DNA from: Raillietiella orientalis
Taxonomy: Eukaryota
NCBI GenBank assembly: GCA_036172245.1
Contig: JAYWIR010000040.1
Coordinates: 992,001 to 1,056,000, forward strand
Length of the DNA stretch: 64,000 nt
Reading direction: 5' to 3'
Shown: piece by piece, positions 49,270-61,700 of the stretch
Numbering within the stretch: the stretch's first letter is position 1
How the letters are laid out: each line of letters opens with the position of its first letter
Position numbers and translations under genes: made by a program
The notes under the pieces: generated by a model
The model's input: only the letters and a program-made list of their open reading frames with translations
The model's database searches: none
What the model was told of the DNA's origin: nothing

Positions 49270-50490
49270 CACACCGCGCAATCGATTCACAGGATGTCGC
49301 GGTTCCCGTGGGGTCTGCCCCTTCGATACTGGAGCGAGCAACAGATCGTCCTCGGATGCATAGTCATACTAGTCAAGGAGAGCGGCTGGATGGTATGCCG
49401 CCTCGCCAACTCCACCGCATGCTTGGAGGAATCTGTTAGCGCAGAGGTGAGGTTGAATGCCCGGAGAAGCGACAGCTGGACCTGCCTGCGTTTTACGAAC
49501 AACGCCCCCTGTTCACAGCAGACATTCTGGAGTGTGCCGCCAGGAGCACGGGCAAGAGACGACCCCTTAGCTACTGCTTTGCCCTTCTTATGGAGGGCCG
49601 TTGCCAGCAACCGGACGACCAAATGGAAAGTCTCTGTCGGATCGCAGGCGGGGAGAAGATGGAGAAGAAGATGAGCGGTTGGACCAGGGAAGAGCTGACG
49701 GACACCACGAACCCGAGCATGCTTCCGCGTGGACTTTGAAGATAGGGCGAGCCGCTCGGTATCCCGACGGATGCCCTGAAGTGGCGCCCGGTGTTGAATG
49801 GATCCAGGATCTTCCCCCTCAACTGGAAGGAGTCGGCGCTTCTGCTGTTGCATAGCGGTCTTCCCTGCAACGCACGCCGCTACCACTGGACGCAGGGCAG
49901 ACTAAATCCTGAGTGTGCCAGGTGCACAGAACGGGAATGCCTCCCGCACCTGATAGTCGACTGTCTTACCCTCCTGTCTTCTTTGGGAGTGTTTCGGGAC
50001 GACCCTCGGGATCCCGGTCGGCAGCCCTCCCAGTGACGTTTTTGGCCTTCTCTTCGTGCGGGATGTCCTGCAGCCAGCTGCAGCCCTGGCAACACTTTGC
50101 TGCATCCGTGGGATTGTGGCGTCTTGGAGTGAAGCGCACGATGAAGATGCCAACGAGAAGGGAGTCATCGAGGATGCAGTTTGCTTCCTGCGGAGAGCAA
50201 CCCGATGGCCCCACCTGGGAAGACTTGTGAAGGACCTCGAGGGCAACCTGGAAACGATGGACCCTCCTCTCACTGGCAACTGATCACTTCCTGGCCCTCC
50301 AAAGTCTGTTTCTTCTTTCTTTCTGTTTTATTTCTCTTTTTGTTTTTTCCCCATCCCCCTCCACTTCCTTGGAGTCACGCCGGTCTGCGTACCGGCGACC
50401 CGCCAGGTCCACAGTTGTGTTGGTCGCAGTGAGGCCTCATACCACGTTTTCAGCAGGGTGGCTTCTTGGTGTAGCAGAGCAACAACGATG
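49270..50490 (+). mobile_element. Mirror copy of the 27105-28330 LINE 3' fragment
   Basis: Identical peptides in ORFs 49791-50036 and 50056-50283. Confidence 0.75.
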
Positions 50491-50850
50491 CGGCCTCCCA
50501 AGAGGTACCACACAATCGTTCAGCTGCACTCCTGCGGCGTGATGCATCGCCACGCTTACCTAAAAACTCGACGGAACGCTTGCAGGAGATGGTAGAGTTG
50601 GGGTCACCTGGAAAACAACCCTCGCGACATCAGTTTTGCCCTCGTACTTTTCTTCTTGACGGCAAGGACCGAAAGACCGGAAAGCTGAAACGCGCGCCAA
50701 TCCCAAAGGGACAATCGTGGGGAAAGGAATCGCTCCAGCATCGCTCGGGAGACGAATAAGCTCTCGAGTGTTACGGCGAACACGTGGAAAACCCTCGTCT
50801 CTCCGAGAGAAGCAGACGAGCAGTCTCGGTTGCGAGGCCTCTTCGAAACG

Positions 50851-50856
50851 TTTATT
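50851..50856 (-). promoter_or_regulatory. Candidate poly(A) signal of right CCDC149
   Basis: TTTATT on + strand, the mirror of 26741-26746. Confidence 0.55.
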
Positions 50857-50926
50857 CTGCTTTTCCTCCCCCCCACGAAGGACAACGTCAACAGCAAGGC
50901 AGGCAGAGGCGCGGGCCCCACGAAAT

Positions 50927-53271
50927 CTACACCCGCAAAGGGGTTTCTTTGATCTGATGAATGGCATCGTCCACTAGTCGCTGAAGACTGGGAGGAAGCC
51001 CGGATGTGCATTTGCCTTCCTCCTGAGCGCCCCGAATCCTGCAGGCAACTTGCTGGTTCCGGCTGCACAACGAAGTTCCGCATTCGTCATCCACCGGAGT
51101 GCACGACTCGGTCGTCCAGTTCGACCGGGGTGCGCCCGCATCCATCTGCGTGCGTTCCTCCGATGCTGCGATCGAACACTCTGGACTTTCTCCAGCTTCC
51201 ACATTCCTTCGCTCATCCGGGGATCGTGCATCAGCAGAAAACATGCCGGCACTAAAACCTTCCTGCAGCCTCTCCTCCAACTCCTTGACACGCATGCCCA
51301 GGATCCTGAAACAACACCCCATCAAACCCGTGAATGGGTGGAAAAAACGCACCACCACCAAAACACGCACTGCCACAGCAGATGCCACGCATGGCTCAGC
51401 ATCACAGACACAATACTTTCGACTTTCAGGCACGAAAAGGAAGGCGCTTTCCTCCATTCCCTCTCCTCCTTGCATTCTTGCATTTTTCCATCACCTTTAT
51501 GCAAACGGTTTGCTGCTTTTCTTCCTTCCCTCCAGCATCCCACTTCAGCATAACATTGGCAATCTCCCTGTGTGATCATCTTCGGGGCAACTTTCAGGCC
51601 TGCCCAAAGGCTGAGCAATCCACTCATCGGCCTCCTCTGCCCTTATTTTCCCGGTTCGACTCCAAGGCTCAGAGCTTTCACGACTATCCCTATCTTTTTT
51701 CTTTCTTGCTTTCCTTCCTTTTCGTTTTTTGTTTTTTTGCGAAGAAAATAAGAGACATTTGTTTCGTGCGTGCGCGAAATTCCCCCTTGCAGTTCGAGTG
51801 AGTTTTGGCCTGCGGCATGCAATCGAAAAACCCGAAGAACAGAAGCCGATTTCGGCTTCCCCAATGTCCGTCAACCTCGCACTTTCATTCCACGTGATTT
51901 GGTGCAGGTCTGCCGCCTTGTGGAACCTCTGCCATTACCCCCATTTCCACGCCAAGCATCGCTAGCAAATGTCATCCGTTGGAAAGGAAAGGGGCAATGG
52001 GTGCATACACCAGAACCGCCTTTTTCTGTTTCTTCCATCTGCTGAAACCAATTGAAACGAACCTTCGCGAGACAGCGAAACAATAGCCATCTGTTCACAA
52101 GAGTAGAAAGATAATTGTCAGTGAATTTGGAAATTGTCATTTCAGTGCTAAATGAAAGATATGAGAGAACAGCAAGCCAGGACGGGAACAGAACAGCACA
52201 GAGCTTTCTTGGCTTTCTCTTTCCCTTCGTCGAGGGCCTACGTTTGTAGCATCATTCACATAACGGCAACCGACTGCCAGCAAAGTTGCATCAATGGCAC
52301 CATTACCTAAACAGTCTTCCAGGCACCACCATTTAATGCATTCGGTTGCTGAAAAGCACGAACGGCCATACAAAAGAAATGATTTTTTTCATGCATCTGA
52401 GCTAAACAAGATGTTTCCAATTAGGGCAGGAAGAAGTCTTCCGAGTGGATTTCACGGCCATTTCCGTAAACACGAACGGGCTCAAAGAGGGGCGGCAGTC
52501 CATGACGAAAAATGGAAAGTACCTGTTTGCCTTTCTCTGATGAGAAAGTGCCAAACCTTTATCCCTCAAGGATTCTAATAGTGCACTACACAGAGTATGG
52601 TATTCACCATCTGAAGCAGGCTTGCACGATGACGTTTGCTGATTCAACAGCTCTTCCACTGAAAAAAATTACAAATGACATCCCCAAATGAGCTTGCAAC
52701 AAAAGCAACTCACCTTGCTTCGTGGATATAACTAGAGTCTCTCCAGAGGGATTTTTCCATCTCTGAATGTTTTTGTTCTTCTTTGATTCCAACATGTTCT
52801 ACATAATAAAATATTACACTCATTCCTTTCAATAACCAAAACGAACTTAGAAAAACCAAAACGCAATGCCAATACTGTTCAACCACTACTGTGAAAAACT
52901 GTAGCAGCACAATCCATTCACCATGCTTTTTACTAAAATCCAGAAAAGCCCGTTACACAAAACATACATTTCAAACTTGATTCAAACACAAAATCAATGA
53001 GAGACATCCAAGAAGAAACTTGTGCAGAGAACAAGACAAAAAACACCTCCACTCAACAACACTTTCAACCGGCTTTTTCAGTTATGGGGTTGCAGCAATG
53101 TCACATTCACAACACCCCTTGCAATGCAATGCTGCTTGATCAGTTTCAGGCATTCGGTCGGATTTCGATCCTTTCATCTTTAAAGTCCTCCAAGTCAGCA
53201 CCAGCCCAAAAAACATGCTGATTAGGAATTCAAGAAGATGGCAAAGTTCACTTTCGAACAAATTTGATGAG

Positions 53272-53328
<57 letters not shown>

Positions 53329-56300
53329 ATTATACCTGCACGGCAAACGGAATGGACCGGACAAATTTGCAAACAGGCTCACACTAAATGCAGATGCTTG
53401 TGCGTCCACATCGCACTGCACAGAATGAAGCAATCAGCTTCGAAAAAACGTCCAGGTTTTCACTTTTCTCTGTAACCTCAAGCACACAATCGCCACTCAT
53501 TCACGTTATTTCCATATAAGCGTTCAAACCACTGCAAATTCGCCGACCCTTAATCTGATCAATGCATCAAACGCATGTTCCGTTCTGTACAATCCTCCAC
53601 GAAAATAAAATTGCACAAACATTTCCACACATACAAAAAGGAAAAGTATTGGCACAGCATTTCATTTAATGAAATTCACTCATTCTAAGGAACCATCACA
53701 TTCCCATTGCGCACTGTATGAAAATACATTCAAATAAAAGCACTCAGTCTTTGCATTAAGGAAATTCATTACTTTTCAAAGTTTGAAGCTTCAATACAGT
53801 ACAAAGACTCTGAACACCGTGCAAACGCTTTTTCACCAAGTTTTCTTTCACGTTTACACCACAGATTGCCACATTTTCTGAGGAATGAACCAATGCCATC
53901 TTTAACAAATTGAAACAATTTACTTTAAAGAATTCCTTTCGCACGGTTGCGGTGTTTCATTTGATGCACTTATGCATTCTGGGAAGCGATGGATCAAAAG
54001 TGACAAACTTTTTGTTTCCCCTACAAAATAAATGCAATGGCATACAACACAGCACAGCAAGCCAAAAATAAACTCCTCAGAGCAGCCATAAATCGCAAGG
54101 AGAAAAAAGAGACACAGCATACATAAACGTGAAACAGGGCATTGCTTACCCTGTATTTGCAAATTGTTTGCAAAGTAAACTTTTTTTCCTCCTCCATTTG
54201 GCCAAGTCTCTCCTGGAGGTACCTAAAATGGTGACAAGGAGGAAAAGGGTTCACAAATGCAAGACAACTGAAAGAACAAGAAGAGGCTTCTACCTATTCT
54301 GCATCAAAAGAGCATCCACGTCTAAATATTTTTTATCCGAATCTTCATTATTCAAGAGTTCATTAACAGTGTGATTCAGTCGGGTGGCTTTTTCTCTATA
54401 CACTTCCTTTTCTTTAATCAGTTCTTCTTTTTCATCCAACAGGGAAGATACATCGTTCTCCAATGCAAAACACTGAATCAAAGACTGCATAAAAAATACA
54501 CACAAAACAACATACCTTCTGCTGAAGTCTTTCAATTTGCTTCAGAAGCATATCTTTCTCTTTGATGCTATTTTCGGAATTCAAAACAACCTTTTCCAGA
54601 TCCAAAGATTTGTACATATGCAATTCGTTTCGCAAGATCTATACAAAAAAGAAAAAAAACAGGATGAAACCCAGAGTCCGCAAAACATTTTCCAAACTAC
54701 GATCGTTGCTGGATCCAACCTTCACCTTAATATTGGGAAAGCTTTCCTGCCCTTACACTTTTTCAACCACATTCATCCCAATATATTCCCCCACATTCCA
54801 GCAAACACGCAACAGGTGTGAGAGATATTATATTAGCAAAAATGATTTCACTGATTCGTGGGGATTTCCTCTTTTCCAGGAATTCATCCTTTCCACGCAA
54901 CTCGTCAACAAACAATCAATTACACAATGATGCTTGTCAGTTACAGGTAATACACAACTTGATGAAGTAATGACACAATTGATGCACGCTTCCAATTTTC
55001 ACTTGGGAGCAATCACTATTGTGGACTGAATAGGATCACTAGGTGTCCTAAGTTAAAACGAATCCCAAGCCATGCAGCAGCAATGGAAATTCTTTTTTCC
55101 AAACATTACACTAAACTCATTCACTGGTTTGTTACCAGCAATCAGTTCAAGTGTGCAAGGGAAATGCTTCAGCTCAAAAATCAAAATGCAAAAACTGCAA
55201 ACGTGAACAATTCTTTCAGTGATCAATGCAGCAAAGAAAATTCGTGCAGCAGCTATGGAAAGACTCAAGCGTGCAATGTTTCCAATACACTTGCATGCCA
55301 GCCATTAGCACTACATGCGTTCCCAAAAAACTAAACTTTCGTCCTCTCCTAATGAACCCAAACACCTAGAAACGAAAGCTACCATCCATCACACTTTCAC
55401 AATCCGCAAAATTGGACGGAAGCATCTGTGAAAGTGCTTGCACCTATCCATGTGATCCTAAAGAGTTTCCTTCACTTTGAAGGCATGTACAGGCTTCCCA
55501 GTACATAAAGAAAACTGACAAAGTGAGGGAACATGCGAATCAACCACACAGGAAAGCACTTGCTTGGCAACACAATGTGTTGGCTTGCATACCATTCATA
55601 AAACTGTACTCACATTGATGTCTCCACGTGCCTCTTGAAGTTTCTCACGCAAATTTTTCACTTCAAACTTCAAATTGTAACTGGGCTCTTCCTCTTCACT
55701 CTGTGAGTCTTCCAGATCCATGCTATTCAGGTGGGGAACTTCCTTGATCTAAATTCGCAATAAAACTAAGATGGCTCATTACTAGAAATCCATCGATCAC
55801 AATTTGCACATAAAACAGACTTACCATGATTTTATGGGTCAGTTTCTTGCACAAATTTTTGTAATAATCCCTTTCCACGTGACATTTTTCCAGATCTTCA
55901 GTCAAGATGATGACAGCCTCAGTTTTAGCTTCTAACTTCCTATGAAGGAAGCCAACCTACAATAAAGCACAATGCATCAACAAACCTTTTTCTACAAAAG
56001 GTACTACTTCTTCTTCCTCATGACATCTGGAGGAATCCTCCTCCTCCTCATTTTTTGGTGCCTCACAATCACACAGTTCAGATACATAGAAGAACACCCT
56101 TACGTAGCCAACAAGTTAGCAAAAGGCAACGCTGTTCCTGGGAACCAATACGACCGACTGTTTTCGAAAGACACAATAAATGCTTCCTGCTATGCAAACA
56201 AATCAGAAACGCTTCTGCAAAAAGCGAAGAAACGATGAGGAAAGCAGTGCTGCTTGCACTTACACGGCTTCGTTCATGCAAATGCACTCCGTTCCAAAAA

Positions 56301-57293
56301 AACTCCGTTTCCGTAGTTTGACAGGGAAACAGAGACGTATGTATTCCATTTGTTTCCATTCGCGTCGTGGAAATGGAATTGGTTTGTTTTCAAACGCAAC
56401 ACCTACAACAGACCCACTCATGGAACGAGCACACCATTCGGGATGCCGAACCTACTGCAAAGACCTCAAATCACAAAAGGCAACTTCTGGTGAATCGAAT
56501 GCGGATTAAACAATGGGTCGAGACAATCGCCAAGTATTGGCATTCACATGTGCAAAGAGCATTCACGCAATGGACAGAGAAGGCAAACTTTTGTAAAATA
56601 CGTGGAATGAACATGAAATCATCTTCTTCTACCAACCACCGATTCATTTTCATGAACAACACGATCAAGAGTACAGAAATGTTGCCGACAAAAGGCCTCA
56701 CGATACGCGTGCCGCCCATGATTTCGTGAATCGGATACATGCATCACAAAGGGAATGATCATGCATGGAAAGGGATGCTTGCTTGCTACGCTTCAGCACG
56801 GAATTTCCATGACACTTGAACGATGAAAGCATGCACTGCATTCACACATTACAGGCAACCTTAGTCCTACGCAACTTTACATATGGCAGACACAAGTATC
56901 AACGAAACACACAGCCAGCCACAGAAATCGTCACTTATGCATCAATTTGTGATGTACATGCTTCAAACGTACAGCATGAAGTACACAATTTCCTACAGGA
57001 TTCTGGAAGACAAGCTCCAAATGTTACAAAAACGTCTGCAATGCACTTACATCAACTATCAAATCTCTTGAATATCTCTCCGCGGAATCAGTAAAATTCA
57101 TACTGTTTCCGTTTCGTTGGCTTTCCTGCAACCGAACAGTTGGTGGGACCTCTCAGCAAAGCACACCCACCCTATCCTCCAAACTGCTTGCGCTCCGCGG
57201 ACCAACTGAAACGAAAACAACAGTCTTCCCAGATGTTCTCCTCTTAAAGGAACCAGGAAGTTTTTTAGCAGTTTTGGAATCCACTGAAATCAT
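50927..57293 (-). CDS. CCDC149: CCDC149, right-arm inverted copy, ~454 aa
   Basis: Mirror exons 57171-57293, 55825-55956, 55614-55748, 54516-54638, 54294-54472, 54150-54222, 52714-52798, 52523-52658, 50927-51305. Same lengths and splice sites as the left copy; no stops or frameshifts seen. Confidence 0.88.
53272..53327 (+). repeat. Poly(A) tract, 56 nt, in intron 6 of right CCDC149
   Basis: Directly visible; absent at the mirror site 24331-24340. Confidence 0.95.
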
Positions 57294-58793
57294 CTCCACT
57301 CCGCTGTAGTAACAAGGCAAAAAAACGGCCAAATGTGGAACGAAAGACTTTGCGATCGAATCTAACAGTTCGAATAGTCCAAGCACTAATACTTAGGGTG
57401 ACTAGTTGATTTGGGGGGATTGCGAAACGGCGCACGAAAATGTAACAAATTGGAATCGAATCTCTAAAATGAATCAGGGATTCTTATCATAACAGACTGA
57501 ATATATGTTAAACCATCTTTCTGATGGCGAAATTCCACTCTGATTCGAACTTCTTTTTAGCAAAGAGGTGGATTGGTTGGAAGAAAGATAAAAAAGGACC
57601 TTCTGCCACCGAGGAAAAAGATGGGTATTTCGTGATTCCTGCGAAAAATCACAAACAGAATTCGGTTTCAGATCGCGCGCATCTCTCAAGCTGAGCACTT
57701 TCTTCGTGGAATTACAAATGGGAATTCGGAATTCTATTTTTCCATTGATATAATGTATCTCATATTTCAAGTATGTTGACTAGCCTCTTTGCATTCAAAA
57801 CCTTGTTTTCCAATGTCTTCGAACTTTTCTTTCTTGTTTTTCTTGTTTTTATTTTGTTTAAGGGATCAACTCTGCATTTAAGAATATCAAGTTCGGCGTA
57901 CCCTGAATTGCACGTTTTTCGTGCTATGCGTTGTGACACGTATTTGATCTTTTGAGCAGCATCACTTGTTCCCCCTAAAGCTGTCTTTCGTGAGTCTCGG
58001 AGCAAGCTACACCATATTCGCATCACAGAAATCATATTTTCTTGCTATAAATGGGTTGATTTTCCTCTATAGAGGGGCAGAAATCACTTTGGAAGAGTGA
58101 GGTCCTCTCTCGAGGAAGATCGCGGTCACCGCCAGGGAGTGCTGCAGACAGTGAGACTAAAATGTTTTGAAAGGTCTATGGAACAGTCCGGAAGCGGGAA
58201 GCGGAATCTCTTCGTTCGTGTTCCAGCGGGCAAGCTGTTTCCGTGTCGCCACAAAAAAGATGCCGTTTTTTTCGCGCGAACCCCCCTAAGTGTTTTGCGC
58301 CCTCGAAATTTCGCAGTACGCCAAATCAAGTACACGATTCGCCAATGTGCAGGCACAGTACTTTTGGTGGACTGTGGCGTAAAGAGGTGAGAACGTTGGA
58401 CGTCATCTCAGAGCGAATACCTGCGAATGCTTGATTTTATGTGCACTCGTTTCCTTAGTGATTTTGATCTCGGACATCCGCTCCAGGGCTGCTCTCGTGT
58501 CATTCTGCTTCTTCACTCACGTAAAGTTTATCAGAATTCCGGGATTACTGAATTCTTCTGCGGGCTTAAAAATGTAGAATGTCGTTCGGCCCATTTTCAG
58601 TGTCATGCTCCCTAACTGATTACGATTTTGTAACTTTTTGGTTTTCTTGAAAACGGAGAGGGAATACAAGTCGTAGTTTTCATCCGGAGTTTAAGGATCT
58701 GTGGACACGACAACCGTTCCTTTTTCTGTATTCTAAGGAACAGAAGTAAGGGGTTTTCTGAGTCGGGGGGCGGATCGCCGAGCGAGAAGGACT

Positions 58794-61700
58794 CGTCCTT
58801 CCGCGCAAGCACTGCAAGCGAATTTGCAGACGTTGGCACTCTTTCCCTGGCACCTTCTGGCACGCTCGCACCATGGATGGCCGGGCGATTCTACGATGGC
58901 TCCGAAGAGACGAGAGGGTGTTCCGGTGGGGTCCCGCGTGGCGCGAATGGACCAGCAATCGGGTGAAGAGCCGGAAACACCCGAAACGTGTGCGTGTGAA
59001 GGTCGTCCGGACGCACGGCGTCGTTATTCCGCCGACACTACGACCTGTGCCGAACCGGAGAGGGGGGATGGGCAGCTGCTTGGACTCACGCCGTGTCCAG
59101 GTGGTCACGGGGCAGTGGGGAACTTGGGCGCGCCCCAATGAACGATCTCACGTCTGGAAAGTGGATGCTGCACGATCCGGGAGGAAACGGTATTCGTGTC
59201 GGAGGAGGCAAGCAATGCCCACGGCGCGGATGCGCGCAGCATGGGCTGGCAAGATGACTGCAGCTGCCGGAACCACGGAAAATGCCAGGAAGGATCGAAA
59301 GCAGCGGCCACCTCGTTCATCCGTCCATCCGAGATTTTCTCTGCCGTTTCCCGCAAGGGAATCTCCGATGTGGAAGGTCGGGTTCAAGGAAGCCACGAGG
59401 AAGCGAATCTTCCTGCGGCAGTTTGGCGGCAAACCCAGCCACCAGAATCTTCACAATTCCCATGGTGAGAAGCGTTTGTCGTGGACTGGCGGAAATCGCC
59501 GACGAGTCGAAACACTCCTCCATAAGAAAGAAGGACAGAAGTGTGTTGTACGTTGGAGGTGTTCCCGAGGAGCCGTCCGGTGACATTTCGCTCCGCAGCC
59601 ACCCTCGATGGAGATCCTCATCTCAGCGTGCGAATTTCCTTCGCGTGGGTGATACAGCGCTCCGCGAGAGAAATGCAGCACTCGTCTCGCCGATAAAGCG
59701 CTACGAAATGGTGGCCTACGTGATTCTCTTCCTTCGTGAAACGCCGACGCACCGAACGCCATGGCATGGGCACCACCGACGCCGGCGGAGAAGGTCGCTG
59801 CACTTTTGCTCACTTTAGGAATTTTTTCGGCCTCGTCCCTACTGCCAGCTCACCGTTGCGGTGGTCGCCGTACAGTGCTCCTCCTCTTCACCCTTGTAAC
59901 GATTGGCCCCGCGCAATTTCGAAGGGATGCCGTCCTCGTGCGGACGGTCGATTCTCCCTTCCACAGGCAGAAGTCCGCCGAGGCGGCCGCTTCGCTTTCG
60001 GACGTCTCTCAGGGCATTTTTTTTCTTCAGCACCCAGAGGAAAACAGGTTCGCCGCCTGCATCTGCAACTGCGGAGCGACGAGGGACTGCAGGGATGCTG
60101 TCAGGAATGACAGCTGACAGAGAGAAGGGCTTCCCTGCGACCCTGGGCCGGCGGCTTGCATTCCGCTTCAGACCTGACCCACTGGAGATCCTGTTCGCGA
60201 GCGATTTCAGTCTTGTCAAACGCACTTCTTCTTCCTCCTCCTGAGAGAGCGACCGAGCTGCTGAACGCCTTCCTGCCGCTGAAGAGAAGCGGGCATCCGA
60301 ACGAGGGAGCGGAAGGGATTCGCTTCCTGATGAAAACGGCATCTTCGCCCCCACCTTCCAAACTGTATTCAAGGAATTGTCGCGGGTCAGCAGAAGGCGT
60401 TCGCCTCTGTCCACCGTTCAGCGCTTTTTTCCTTGGCGGATGTTGGGTTCCGGTAGTGGGTTGCGCCGACACACGGTCCTGCGAGCGCGGTGCACTCCCG
60501 GACACCGTCGGAGACGGGACGCTCTCGGCCAGCCGACATCGAAGGACGAGAAAAACCGGTTCGATGTGCCCTCCGTGGATCACCGGTACTGCGGATGGAA
60601 GCTCACCATCTTCATTCCGTTGACGGTTTCGTCTCAACGTGCGAGTGGCGGCAGACGCTGCAAACTTCTCTTTTGACGCGTCCAGTCACTTCGGGGAAAC
60701 GAAGGAGAACCCCCCCTTTCTTGCTGCTGTCGGATCTCGCGTGCTAGAAGCTCACATGGGACGGCAGCTTTCGCAAGTGGTGCATCTCCAGGGGATCAAC
60801 ACACCGAGCATCGACTCTGCAGAGCGGGAGCGGGTCACCGAGAACAAAGCGAGGGCGTGGCCTTTCCTGCATAACGCCTTCCTCGGAAGGATGAGCCAGC
60901 TAGCAAGGATGAGCGTCTCTTGAGGACCGGAAATGCTTGATGCGACATCGGCTCAGGCTGCCCGAGCGTCGAAGACTGCAGTTGGTGGTCAGCAAGGGGC
61001 CAATTCTGCTGCAAGGGGTGGGGATAACGACGCCATGGTAACAAGCTACAAGCAGGAGATGTTCAGGTTCCCGGAGCGTGTGGAATTCTTCGGAAGCATA
61101 CATGTCTGCGACCCGGTTCGAGCTTTAGATGTGAAACTTCTCTGGACCGCATTGGGGCTGCGACTGAACGCGAGCTCTGAATGGACACCGAAGGAACACC
61201 TCAGTCAAGCGGATCCCGATCGCACGTCCGGCTTCTCCGGGGTCGATGGACAGCAGATGAAGTCGTGGGAATTCTCACTCCCAAGGAGCTACATCTTCGC
61301 ACAATAAATAAAAAGTGCATTCCCAGCAATGCAGGTGCGCCAATCCACAAAGCTGCCGGAACTCACCGATAGCAGCACTCAGCACGGATTGCAACGATAC
61401 AGAGGAATCCGCATCCAGACGCGCCGGGAGATGGGAAACATCAGACACGGCCGGGACGGGCGACGGGGGGGAATGCCTGCAGCTCCGCGGAAATGGAGAC
61501 CAGTTCGTTCAACTCCTGTGACGCACGTTGGAACGCCTCTTGATTTTCCTATCCCGTTCTTCCCCTGCATCGACTGATCCTGCAATTCCTTTGCTTCCCT
61601 TGCACCGGACGGTCTGGAAGGCACAAGGCACCTTCCGCGACAGTCTCCACCGGTGCTACTGCGGACCAAGCGCCAAGTTAGGGATCCTCATGCAAATCTT

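Noticed and set aside
53215..53475. Poly-Lys and poly-Phe ORFs
   Set aside because: Translation of the intronic poly(A) tract.
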